60,730 nucleotides of DNA. It comes from Mesotaenium endlicherianum. Taxonomy: Eukaryota. Positions within the stretch are counted from its first letter, which is position 1. The number at the start of each line of letters is the position of its first letter. The position numbers and the translations under genes are program-made. The stretch lies in assembly GCA_009602735.1 (NCBI GenBank), contig WELA01003501.1:3787-64516 (forward strand). Reading direction: 5' to 3'. The notes beneath the pieces are model-generated. The model ran no database searches and was not told where the DNA came from. It saw only the letters and a list, made by a program, of their open reading frames with translations. Shown here piece by piece: positions 48,406-60,730 of the stretch.

Positions 48406-48618
48406 GATATGCACTGTCTTCTAGCCTTGCTTATGTATGAGTTTACTGATTGCATTACTCATGCTAGTTTACTTACATTGACTTGCGGGTATTGTCCACT
48501 GCTAGTAAGTTGTCTTTTGTTGTTTTATCAAGTAACAAAAAATACCATAGAGATTACTTGCTGATATAAAGATCTTCATTAATTGTTAATCGCTTATTTG
48601 GTAAGTCGATTCATTTCA

Positions 48619-49633
48619 GCTGTCCAGATCCAGGTCCAAATCTCAATCCCCTGATTTTGGGGCTCCAAACACATCCACGTAGATCTTAAAACCATCCTCC
48701 AGTCAAGCCTTGCTGGGGGTCTCTCTGTTTGCACTCTACAACGGAAGTTGATTGTGGGTGGAGGTGATAATTCATCATCACTAGTGATCCCCACAGCTAG
48801 GCAACAGTGATGAAGCAAGAGGCAGGCGATGGGAAGATCAGTATTGTAAACCTTCTTAACACATAGCTTTACAGTTTAGTGTTGTCGAGGCGACAACAAT
48901 TTAAGTTGGAGGGATTGTAATGAATCAGTATATTAGTAAATATGATATTCAATTAAATATAATAGCTGATCAAGTTCAACCCGCTGAACTTTAGTTGATA
49001 TTCGATATGCTGGACTTGTAAGGATAATCAGTATAATGACTCAGCCGAGAGCAGCAGGCTGAAGTCAATTTAGGTGAGCTCGCTGACACATTCTTTGACA
49101 GCTAGCTGACTTCTTACTCGGTAGCAGCGAACTACCTAGTCATGCAATTAAGTGTGATATGCTAGATGAATGGCCAAATGACAACTTTAGGATAGATGGT
49201 GATTTGGGATGATCGGAGATGGCTGTGAATTTGGTTAACCAAGTTCCTACCAACGTGGTTAACTCCCGGGTAGGCGGTGCCATCGCACTTGCCGTTGAAC
49301 AGTAAACTCATTCCGTATACATAGGCTAGATATTGCTTCAAGTTCGGCATTCGAAAACAAGGCCAACGCTCTTGTATAGCTCACTAAGAGGTATTTGAAT
49401 ACAAGGCGAGAAGCCATTGTTGCTAACTATTTTCTGACTTTGCTTATGTATAAGTTTACCGATTGCATGATTGATGCTTGTTTACTTGCGTTTGATTGGT
49501 GAATTATTGTTCACTGCTAGTGTATTGTCTTTTGCTGTTAAATCAATTAACGAAAGGTACCATAAAGACTGCTTGCTGATATGAAGATCTTTTATTAATT
49601 GACAATCGCCTATTGGTAAGTTGATTCATTTCA
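48619..49633 (+). mobile_element. D' subfamily 3' end, second copy (LTR 48916-49633)
   Basis: Same junctions and sequence as 27351-28366. Confidence 0.87.
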
Positions 49634-49787
49634 AAACGGGCTGAAACAAGAGTACTATTGGAGGAATATGGACAAGGCCATTGAGGAGTGGATCAAGAGT
49701 TGCGATGCGTGCCAGCGGAACAAGACACCAGATCAAAGGAAAGGAGGTACATTGCAGCCTTTGTCTATTTCATAATATCATTGGAAG
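49634..49787 (+). pseudogene. pol: Family B integrase fragment interrupted by D4
   Basis: LKQEYYWRNMDKAIEEWIKSCDACQRNKT; matches 28367-28530. Confidence 0.85.
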
Positions 49788-50585
49788 TGAAATGAATCGA
49801 CTTACCAAATAGGCGATTAACAATTAATAAAGATCTTTATATCAGCGAGTAATCTTTATGGTAATTTTCGTTAACTGGTTAAACGGCAAAGGACAACCCA
49901 CTAGCAGTGAATAGTACTCGTAAGTCAAATGCGAGTAAACTAGCATCAATAATGCAATCAGTAAACTCATACATAAGCAAGGTTAGAAGATAGTGCGTAT
50001 CAATGGCTTCTCGCCTTGGATTCAGATCTCTCTCAGTAAGCTGTACAAGAGAGTTGGCCTCGTTTCCGAATGCCGAACTCGAGAGCAATGTCTAGCGTAT
50101 GTACATGGAATGAGTTTACTGTTCAACGGTCAGTGCGATGGCACCGCCTACCCGGGAGTTAACCACGTTGGTAGGACCTCGGTTAACCAAATCCACCGCC
50201 ATCTCCCATCATCCCGAATAGCCATCCATCATAGGGATGTCATCTGGCCATTCATCTAGCATACCACACTTAGATGCATATCAAGGCAGTTCGCTGCTAC
50301 CGAGTACGGAAGTCAGCTGGCTGTCAAAGAATGTGTCAGCAAGCTGACTTAAGGTGACCTCAGCCTGCCACTTCCGGCCCAGTCATTAAACTGATATTAA
50401 GTATAAAGTCCAGCAAACTGATTGTTAACTAAAATTCAGCAGGTTGAACTTATTTAACTATATTATTTAAATGAATATTATATCTACCAGTATACTGATT
50501 CATTACAATCCCTCCAACTTATCATGTTGTCGCCTCGACAACACTATAACAGCGTGCCGTCCCTCTTATCCCCAGCCTGCTGCCC

Positions 50586-53500
50586 TTAGGAGGGAGATGT
50601 CCCTGAGGCCCTATGCTCAGTGGAGCCAGACCTCCTCCTGTCTTGGGGTCTTTTGAAGCCTGTCAGAGAAGGGGGTTCCGTGTAAGGACCCGGCAAAGAA
50701 CGCAGTAACTGGGCTGTTTCCTCCTGCACAGTCTGAAATTGAAGGGAGGCAGCCTTCTCCTGTGCAGCCCTCAAACTGACAGGTACGTATACCGGCATCC
50801 CGGAAGGATGTTGCATGACATGAGCCAAGGGTACATGCCCTCTCTGCGAGGGAGATGCTGGCAGGCCTCTGGCTATCTCCCGAGCAGCCCTCCTGTCTGC
50901 CCTGTCTGACTGGGTCTCCTTGCCTGGAGATGGGCTCTGTCCTCTGGCAGTCCCCAGCCAAGTGATATCCTCCTCTTGAGCGAGTTGCGGCGGGGCCCAC
51001 CCCGTCTTCTCCCTTACAGGGGATGTGGCAGGTGTCAGGATCACGGCGGGGCTAGTGTCCTCCTCCTCGCCTTCCTCCTCGTCTTCCTCCGACTCCTCCT
51101 CCTCGCCGTCCCCGGGTTCCTCTGAGACTTCTGGGGTCTCCTCTGTCCGCTGCTCCAGCTCTTCCCGAGAAAAAGAATATCCTACTGACCTTCCCCTTTT
51201 GGGTGCTGGTGGGGGCTGCTGAGTCCGGACCGCATAGAGGTCCTTTTCCCCCTGCTTACTTGCCCATTTGGCATAAGCGTGCTTCCCTTTGGAGAATGAC
51301 TCTCGGGCCCTGCTTCTGTCCCCCTGCATCTCTTGGCTCATGCAGTCTCTGACTCCATCCAATCTTGGGTCCCAAGCCGCAATGTGAGGGGGCAATACTA
51401 TGTTCCCCTTTAGGTCTGTCAGGAAATCCTCATCCGTCGCCCTGTCATTCTGCTGGTCCCTCATGTTGATGGTCATCCACCGCCAATCAGTGGGCTTTTG
51501 GAAGAAGGCAGCGTCTGTCTTTTTGAGAGTACAAGGGTACCAGTGCCCTGCAAAGTCCAGCTAACTGGTTTCTCTGGCCAAGAATTCCCAGCTCCTCCTC
51601 TCCACCTCATTGTACATGGCCTTTTACCTATTGTGGGGTGTTGAGTCCTTGAAGCTGTCCGCGTCCATGGGGATCATCCTGATGACCCTATGAAATGAAT
51701 CTTGCTTATTCAAGATTAATATATTTCATTTAAATATAAAAGATCAGAGATAGGTGGAAGCGTGTGAAATCAGGGAGCGATCTTCGCCCTTATAATGAAT
51801 TCTGTTTACTCATCTATAGCCCTTGACTCACTTATCGTAGTGTGCCATAATTGCACACGAATACAAGGCACAAGAAAGAGGCGAGCTTGAGGACTAGAGC
51901 TTCTCCTTTAGAAACTCCTAACCTCTTGCCTACCAGGCATACAAGCATGTGTAAGCACATTCACAACATCAGGGGACTGAATAGCAAAGGTGCTCTCATT
52001 CAGATGACCATAAAGTAGCTCAAACTCATCCCACTGACTTAGGTGCAAAAACCATGGAATCTGTCCGCTGTGTGACCCCAAAATTTTTAGAGAGCATAAC
52101 TCTGTTAATACTACTCCAACTTGAGCAAACTTAACGGCAACGGATGCATCTTGACGAGACCTTTCCGAAAAGTCCTAGTTCGCTCCAAATGAAGCGCAAA
52201 CGAATTAGCCATGGCAATTTCCGTGAAGGCTGGTCATTAGAACGAACCCAAAAAGTGCACACATCACTTGCAAGTAGAAACCCGATTGTAAAGCCTGCTG
52301 TCCAGAACGAGGGACCACGAGATCCCAGCCTGCTATGTACCTAGTGACCACCTGGTTGACCACGGCGCAAGGTGCGCCGTTTCGTGGGAAACCCGTTAAG
52401 TTGGGACCCACGGATCTAGGTATAACGACCATATTAATTGGTCGGTTGACTGAAGTCCTAACTGTTCAGTTGACTGACGACGGCTCCGCCTACCCAGGAG
52501 TTAACCACACTGGTAGGACATCGGTTTACCGAATCTCAGTCGACCTCCCGACTTTCAGTATACTTCGGTCACATGTGCCAATCCACAAACAACAATCTAA
52601 ATGAATATGTCTATCCTCTGCGTACTGAAGCTAAGTATATTGACTAATATCAAGCGAGCTTACTATATGTCAACCTACTGATATTTTATCCTATATATAA
52701 CTGATATATAAATCTCAGCAAATCACACTATGATATAAAAGTCATCCTGCTGACCTTTTCAACATAGTCAGCAGACTACACTTTGGTACCAAAGTCATCC
52801 TGCTGACCTTTTTGACAAAGTAAGTAAACTCGCATTACATCGACATACATTCATTTAGATGAACTCGCACATGTGAGTATATAGACATAATACTTATATA
52901 GTGTTATATTTATATATGCAATTAATTAAATAAATAATGAACTGATTCATTACAATCTCCCCAACTTAAATTGTTGTCGCCTCGACAACACTCAGCATAT
53001 GATACTTTTATTTAATAATACACTTCAGTCAACTAGGTGAAGCAAAGCAAGCAAACAAAACATGAGCGTGACATATTCACCTACCCAGTGCAAGTAAAAA
53101 TCAATCACAACAAATTGTCATGCAAGCAACCATCTGACTTCACAGTCATTAACTGAAGACATGCATGGACTTACCCCTACTCACAATAGTCCTTCCGGTT
53201 GAAAGACATAATAGAGCACCTCACACCATGCAAACCACACCCAAATCAAACAGCCTCCTTTCGAGGTCAAATAATGAAAGAATGTTATTAAAGCTCAGCG
53301 TACTGAACTAAGCCTTTTCTCCTTCTCTTGGTCTTCAACTGCTGCTGTGCTCCCACCTTGAAAGCTCCTCACAAGCAATTTCTTGTGACTTAGGTACCTG
53401 CTCAAAATTCAGCGTACTGAAGGAAAAGAGAGACCAACTGGTTTGATGGCATTGAATGCCCTCACAAGAAGAGTAACATCAGGTTAATGAGCCGATGAAA

Positions 53501-56500
53501 ATTTTACATTTTAACCACATTTTCAGAACACTCTAAGTTCAAAGAAACATATGGTTTTGAGCAATATGCTGGTCACCTCAAGCAGTTCCCTGATGTGTCA
53601 TGCATCATTGCTACCCAATCCAACTTATGGCAATGTACTTACTCAATTAGTACGTACACTTGCTCCAACAGTGTACCGCAACTCACAGTTTACACCAGTC
53701 AGTCACTGATGCTCCTGATATTAATGCAGTACATACATAGGACGTGGCAGTGTATGACTCAGTTAGTACATACACTTGCTGCTGAGTATGCAGGTAAGCA
53801 CAGCTTACTGAATACTCCTAATACACATCCCATCTCCCTCTCTCCAACTTAAATAGCTGTCGACTGGACAACTTTAACCACATAAGCACACCAAAAAGTG
53901 CAAACACCCAAGTAAGCAAAAAAAGAAAGAAAGTGCCCCCCTCCCAAAAAAAAAAAAATAGTCCATTTTTCAAAATTAGATCAATGACCGGAGTGGCTTA
54001 GGGAAGAGTGTACTGCCATTCAAACCCTCTCACCACAAAGCTCTATCCATGAATAACCTAAACTCAAGCCAGCGTATTACATCCCTCCATTCGAAAGTGT
54101 AGATAGCTTGCTATGAGATGAAGACAACCGGCCCTGTTAGCAAGTTTATCCATACCAAAAAGTAGCGCAGTTAGCTGACTCTACCAATGCTTACATACAA
54201 TGACTCATACTGGTCATTCCTAGCAAGACATACACCAAAATGACAACCACCCAATGGTGAGAGTCAACAATCAAACAGAAGAGGGACCAGAAACAACCAA
54301 CTATCATAGTTCTGATGTTTCAAGATACTCCCTCCTTCAGACCGTACTGCCTGAAGTTGCCCAGAGGACAGGTGGGGAAGCGTCACGTGGCAGCGTCCAG
54401 CATGCCAACTCCTCGGCCTCTCTCGACCTGTATGCACCATCGCTTCACACTCTGCTTGCTGGTCTCAGTCTGTTGAACAGACAACAAACAAGTGTGTAAG
54501 TTGCCTTCAATGAGCTTAAGCTACGCGTGGCAAACACCACACCCTAGCTGCATCAGTCTACTCAAGGTCTGATGACTCCATCTTACATAGTTCCCGGGAG
54601 GGTAAGGCAAACATTGGGATCACAAAGACAACCAATGACAATGGACAAACGCAGTATAGCTCAAAACCCAGTTCCTCTCTAAAGGCACATACATGGCACC
54701 TATTGTAATTGCAGCAAGCACCTAGCCAATGACAACAGCGTGCATAGATCCCTGGTAAGACTTTCGCACTGTAACCCCAAGCTAGCAAGAAGAATGTTTG
54801 TGCATCGGATTGAACAAGATCATTCAAGCCATGCATTGCGAGAACGTCTATAATGTCGATGGTCTCTTCTGTCTTTACTTAGGTGTGCATAGTGAATCTA
54901 TTACAGCAGGGCCCATTTTACACCTGCTCTACGGTATGCTAATGGCGATCCACTACCTCTAGCACCCGGGATGCAAATTCCATGCACCTGACGCATATAC
55001 AAATGCATCTTGCATGCTACCTAGCATGCGCCTCTAGCGAGCTCAGTTAGCTTCGAGGCCGGCAGAAACTTAGCACACTGCTAATATGCCCAGATCGTCC
55101 CCATGACGAAGACACAAACCTCCTTACACTTGACCGAGTGTACAGGTGGCATCCAAAAACAAATAGCCAACTGGACCTAAGGCAAGTAGTCAAACCCCCT
55201 CTAGTATCCACGTTGACTTTCCATACGTCAGTCAACACACCGTACAGACCTAAGTCTCGATATGCTCATCTTATCTGATTATCTCGCTAGCTATGACGAG
55301 CCACAATCCCACAGTAAGACATGTCACGCACCAAGCATGGCAACACCAAGAGCTCGTTCAGCTCAAGCACTCAAAGTACTCATTGATCGCGGCTGCTCTC
55401 GGACACTTAACCTTTAATAAGTCATGCGAACTAAAGAGAGTTAAAGGAAAGTCCTTGCGTTCATAAACCCAAGCCCTTAAACCCTTTAACCACATTAGGT
55501 CAAATAATCCAGCAGACTGACTTAACCTAAGTCAGCAATCACATAAGATCCGCATCCAAAAACCTCTGCACACTGACTAGACTTATCTTAAGCTTAAACC
55601 CCAAGCTCCTACGATCCATCAAGTATCACCAAAGCACCGTCTCACACATAGCATTCAAGCACAAGGCACGTACCCTAAACCTTCCAGCCCACGTCAATGT
55701 GGCAAACGAGAGGAGCACACAATGTTACAGCCATGGTTGGGAATAAAGGGTATCTGTAGGATGCCATTGTTGCTGTGGAAGCCTCTTCTCATAGAAGTTG
55801 CAGCATGCTGAAGCTTGTGGACGACGTAGTGCACTTGGACCGTGGTGGCGAAAACCTGTCGTAATCCATACTTGGAAACTTAAGTTAGTAAATCATGTGT
55901 GCACGCACTGTCTCAATTGCTCAACACATGCAGCCATACCCAAGCTCCCTCAACCGAACTGCCACACAACTAATGAGAGAGGTACGTCTCTTGCAAAGCA
56001 ACAAGCTTAAACTTAAAGGGATAGCACAACAGACCAACAAGTCCTCTAGCACCGTTGGAGTGCACACCCCTCTCTATACTAGCCGTGGATTGCATATAAC
56101 AACACACAATGACTATGATCAAGTGAGGTAAATGAGTCATATCCAGCTTGCTATGATGCAACTCCCTTGAGGCTGCCCTTGATGCTTGCAGACACCTCTT
56201 CCATCAAGCCTCCACTTCAGGCTTCTCGTTGCGTGTAACTGTACACAAGAGGCTAGGAAAGTCAAGTTAGTATGCCGCATAGTACACTGAGCCAAGAGAC
56301 ACACTAGGTGAGCAAGTGGAAGGATCCTGGACAGGATGTGCAATGCTCTACATCATACACTTCCCAAGCTCCACCTAGACTCATCATACCACACAAGTAA
56401 GCCTCACACACTTACCTCATGAGACAAAGAAGACAAGCACGGACATTCAAGAAAGGACTTAGCTCCGATACCACTGAAATGAATCTTGCTTATTCAAGAT

Positions 56501-58158
56501 TAATATATTTCATTTAAATATAAAAGATCAGAGATAGATGGAAGCGTGTGAAATCAGCGAGCGATCTTTGCCCTTATAATGAATTCCGTTTACTCATCTA
56601 TAGCCCTTGACTCACTTATCGTAGTGTGCCATGATTGCACACGAATACAAGGCACAAGAAAGAGGCGAGCTTGAGGACTAGAGCTTCTCCTTTAGAAACT
56701 CCTGACCTCTTGCCTACCAGGCATACAAGCATGTGTAAGCACATTCACAACATCAGGGGACTGAATAGCAAAGGCGCTCTCATTCAGATGACCATAAAGT
56801 AGCTAAAGTCCTAGTTCGCTCCAAATGAAGCGCAAACGAATCAGCCATGGCAATTTCCGTGAAGGCTGGTCATTAGAACGAACCCAAAAAGTGCACACAT
56901 CACTTGCAAGTAGAAATCCGATTGTAAAGCCTGCTGTCCAGAATGAGGGACCACGACATCCCAGCCTGCTATGTACCTAGTGACCACTTGGTTGACCACG
57001 GCGCAAGGTGCGCCGTTTCGTGGGAAACCCGTTAAGTTGGGACCCACGGATCTAGGTATAACGACCATATTAATTGGTCGGTTGACAGAAGTCCTAACTG
57101 TTCAGTTGACTGACGACGGCTCCGCCTACCCAGGAGTTAACCACACTGGTAGGACATCGGTTTACCGAATCTCAGTTGACCTCCCGACTTTCAGTATACT
57201 TCGGTCACATGTGCCAATCCACAAACAACAATCTAAATGAATATGTCTATCCTCTGCGTACTGAAGCTAAGTATATTGACTAATATCAAGGGAGCTTACT
57301 ATATGTCAACCTACTGATATTTTATCCTATATATAACTGATATATAAATCTCAGCAAACTACACTATGATATAAAAGTCATTTTGCTGACCTTTTCAACA
57401 AAGTCAGCAGACTACACTATGGTACAAAAGTCATCCTGCTGACCTTTTTGACAAAGTAAGTAAACTCGCATTACATCGACATACATTCATTTAGATGAAC
57501 TCGCACATGTGAGTATATAGACATAATACTTATATAGTGTTATATTTATATATGCAATTAATTAAATAAATAATGAACTGATTCATTACACCCTATCTGC
57601 CCCCCAGATACCAGGAATCGAGACAGCTCCTGCTTCGTTCACTTGGACCATTGCCTTGGCCTCTCCGATGGTATATCCTACCATCCTGGCGTAATCGTGG
57701 TAGAGGAGAAGCCCTGTGCTGACCTCTATATACTTGTCAAAGTTTTCGGATGTCTCCTCTTCCTTCTGGAGGATTTCCTTATGCGACTCACTGCGATTTC
57801 TCTGGGCATACTTAAAGGCCTCCTCCAGTAGATCAAAGCCCTTGCCCAGCACCGTGTAGCGGTAGCTGCTGATTCTTCTCTGTTCTTCTTCTTCAGCCTG
57901 CTGCTTCCGCTTCTCCTCAGCTTGCCTCTCCTCCTCTGCTTTCTTTGCCTACTCTGCCGCTTTTCTGTCCATTTCTTCCTGCCTCAGTCTGGCCTGTTCC
58001 TCCTCCTCCTTCTTCTTCTGTGCCTCCCGCTGTTGTTGGAGTCGTTGTGATTCCCGAGCGGTGATGGAAGATGATTCGATGTCTCCACGGAATTGCAAGT
58101 ATTCTGCATGTGCCTCTTCCGCCCTTCTCTTCCTCTTGAGTTCCGACTTTTGAGTCAT
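50586..58158 (-). pseudogene. Family D ORF3, type 2 (58158-57596 joined to 51690-50586 = 556 codons), split by element E, three in-frame stops
   Basis: Removing E and one TSD restores the frame (…IWGADR-VIRMIPMDADSFKD…YNEVERRSWEFLARE…HWYPCTL…WRWMT…PPHIAAWDPRL…FSKGKHAYAKWA…GHVPLAHVMQHPSGMPVYV). Confidence 0.85.
51691..57590 (-). mobile_element. Family E non-autonomous LTR element (LARD-like), complete, 5.9 kb
   Basis: LTRs 51691-52954 and 56475-57590 near-identical except a 148-bp indel; perfect TSD CCCTA (51686-51690 / 57591-57595); PBS 56458-56473; PPT 52955-52970; 3.5-kb interior with no recognisable gag/pol. Confidence 0.93.
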
Positions 58159-58482
58159 CCTGCTCAATCATAAACACAATGCAGTTAGTGAAGTCATGAT
58201 ATTTTGCCGCTACTGAGTGCCCTTGATGAAGAGGGACGCGATCGGGAGAGTTCCTAGAGTGGAATACCTGGTGTGAGCGAATATAAGGAAAAATTGTGTT
58301 GGAGAGCAAGTGAGTGTGAGCGCAGGTTGAGTGGGTAATATGGTGATCAGAGACTACCACTCCCTCCAACTTAAATTCAAAGGTGGGCTGCCTGTCACAA
58401 CTGTCACTAACTGTCACATCTCCCTCCAACTCATATAGAAATAGGACCTCCTGTCACCTTCGCGTGTCAACGGAAATGACTG

Positions 58483-60730
58483 TTAGGAAGGTGCCCCAGC
58501 CGCCCGAAGGTGGAACCGTTTCAACGCCCCTTTGGCATGCGTCAGCTGATCTTTAAATTCCCAAGTGTCCCCAGAGGCATCGTAACCCTTCCATCGGATG
58601 AGGTACTTCATTACATATTTAGACGATCGACGGACCGAGCGAGCGTCTAAAATCTCATCGACCTCATATTCCTCAGGGTCGCCGTCACGGACAGCGGGGA
58701 CCGGTCCCGGTTGGACAGGTAACCGACCTGTGAACAGTGTATCACCTTTGATGTACGGTTCCAGGTAGGAGACATTAAAGACGGGGTGACCCTTGTAGTC
58801 TGCTGACATGTTTAGTTTGTAAGCATTCTGACCGACACGACGGACCACCGAATATGGACCGACCCAGACAGGGCCAAGCTTTTTCTTGACCACACCAGGG
58901 AGGTACAGGTGCTGAGAATGCAGTTTGACTAAATCCCCCTTGGAAAATGTCAGTTCCCGACGGTGTTGATTAGCGTATTTTTGTTGGTTTTCTTGGGCCG
59001 TGTGCAAGTTTCGTTGGACTTCTGACAGGATGTCAGCAAACTCCTGAGTTAACTGGAGGGAGACCGGGTTGTCAATCCCTTCAGGGTGGGTTAAAGATTC
59101 CCCTAGGACATCAAGAGGAGACTTAGGGACTCTACCCAGGCTGAGTTCAAAAGGAGTTTTGCCCGTTGACGCGTGCACCGCACTGTTGACCGCAAACTGA
59201 ATTTGAGGCAACAGGTCATCCCAATTATCTTGTTTTTGGTTAATATATGCTCTCAGCACCTCCTGCAGAACTCGGTTAGTTCTTTCAGTCTGCCCATCAG
59301 TCTGAGGGTGGTTTGCTGTGCTGAGCAGCTGTTTGACTCCCATTAACCCCATTAAAGCTCTCCAGAACTTAGAGGTGAATTTTGAGTCCCTGTCTGAGAT
59401 GATATTAGAAGGGAGCCCATGTTGGCATACTACATGGTTGTAAAACTGTCTCGCTGTTTCGAGTGCAGTCACTTTGACAGTTGTGGGGATGAAAATGACC
59501 ATTTTTGTCAGTTTATCCACGACTACCAATATTGAATCATGCCCATTGGCAGTTCGTGGTAGTGTGACCACCCAGTCCATACATATAATTTCCCAGCGTC
59601 CAGCTGGGATGGGCAGTGGTTGCAAGAGACCTTCGGGTGGTGTGTGCCAAGACTTATTTCTCTGACACTGGTCACAGGACTTGACATATTTCAAGACCTC
59701 CCGGGGTCACCCCTCCCAATGATAATGTTTTGCCAATTTGCCAACAGTTTTGGCCTGCCCCAAATGTCCATTCAGGAGACTGTCATGCGCTTGACTCAAA
59801 AGGAGAGACCTTATTTCCAAGTTATTAGGAATGACCAGCTTCAGCCTGCCTGAAGTGGTTTCAGTCACCCAGACCCCTCCCTTAAGCTTATACCCGAGTG
59901 CAGTAGCACGACACACACCAGTAGTGGGGCTGGGCTCAAATGTTGGGTCAGAAAGGTAGGCTTTCCTAAGTTGTTCTAGGAAGGACTTTTTCACCTTTAG
60001 TGAAGTGAGTGCACACAGGACTTCATCTACAGCATGCTGACTAAAGTTTCTTTCTTGCAAGTCAGGTCTTCTAGAGAGTGCATCACCAGGATTCAACTTC
60101 CCTGGTTTGTTGTCGATCTCGACTTGGAACTGCTCCAGCATCTGGCTCCAGCGGTTCTCCCTCCTCGACAGCTTGGACTTCTTCTGAAAGTGGGTCAGAG
60201 CTAGATGATCTGTAATCACCTTAAAAGCTTTACCATGTAAGTATGCTCTCCACTGTTTGAGTACATGAATGATAGCTAGCAGCTCTTTATCATGCACTGA
60301 GTAATTAATCTCCGCTGGATTAAATTTCATAGACTCATACAACACAGGATGCCACTCCTGCCGTACCTTACCATCCTTTGTGGTTTTGTCAGCAGGCTGC
60401 AACAAAACAGCACCCATGGCAAAGTCAGAGGCATCAGTAACCACCTGCACCGGTTTGCTGGGGTCATACACGGCTAGCACTGGGGCAGAACAAAGGGCAT
60501 CTTTAAGGGTCTGGAAGGCAGNNNNNNNNNNNNNNNCTGCTCCTCCCCCCACACATACCCGATGTCTTTCTTAGTAAGGTCAGTCAGTTTACTGGCCTTT
60601 GTGGAATAATTNNNNNNNNNNNNNNNNNNNNNNNNNNNNNNGTAGCCAACCCGAGGAAGGATCTAACTTCAGAGACAGATTGTGGTACAGGCCAGTCCCT
60701 TATGGTCTGGACTTTCTTAGGATCCACACT
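58483..60730 (-). pseudogene. pol: D4 pol 3' part (RT end, RNase H, integrase, chromodomain); one frameshift near 59700 and N gaps
   Basis: TDASDFAMGA; HDSLLNGH…CDQC; MDWVV…SDRDSKF…ERTN; GPY; EYEVDEIL…YLIRWKGY…DTWE. Confidence 0.94.

Larger units (their letters stand above)
39950..48618 (+). mobile_element. Family D chromovirus, copy D3: gag-pol-ORF3-PPT-3' LTR (47152-48618, interrupted by a B solo LTR); 5' LTR and PBS not found
   Basis: Continuous gag, protease (FVDGGAS), RT (FLDDILIFS), RNase H, integrase, chromodomain, then ORF3, PPT 47137-47151 and LTR. Left boundary is approximate. Confidence 0.9.
49788..60730 (-). mobile_element. Family D chromovirus, copy D4 (3' LTR 49788-50507, ORF3 type 2, integrase, RNase H; runs off window), host of element E
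   Basis: LTR nearly identical to D1; PPT 50508-50522; pol pieces 58483..59694 and 59707..60552 closely match D3. Confidence 0.92.

Noticed and set aside
55464..55682. TAAACCC telomere-like words inside element E
   Set aside because: Scattered, degenerate and not tandem.

Overview
Eukaryotic, plant- or green-alga-like genomic window. Roughly 80% of it is a nest of Ty3/Gypsy chromovirus LTR retrotransposons around one intact host gene. From LTR termini, tRNA-Met PBSs, PPTs and 5-bp TSDs I can separate three autonomous-type families (my labels B, C, D; each has gag, a -1-frame pol and a chromodomain integrase) and two non-autonomous LARD-like families (A, related to B; E, related to D). There is also one 8-bp-TSD MITE. 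The host gene (33107-38150, +) splices cleanly as 14 GT-AG exons into a 614-aa cationic amino acid transporter (CAT/SLC7, APC superfamily). The most unusual item is in family D: a sense-strand third ORF of about 555 codons ('ORF3') between pol and the 3' LTR. It is not env-like and I do not recognise it. It is preceded by a branch point and 3' splice acceptor in both full copies, lies between two copies of the polypurine tract, and occurs as two strongly diverged variants on near-identical pol/LTR backbones. All calls come from reading the sequence by eye; no alignments or database searches were run, so identity statements are qualitative.
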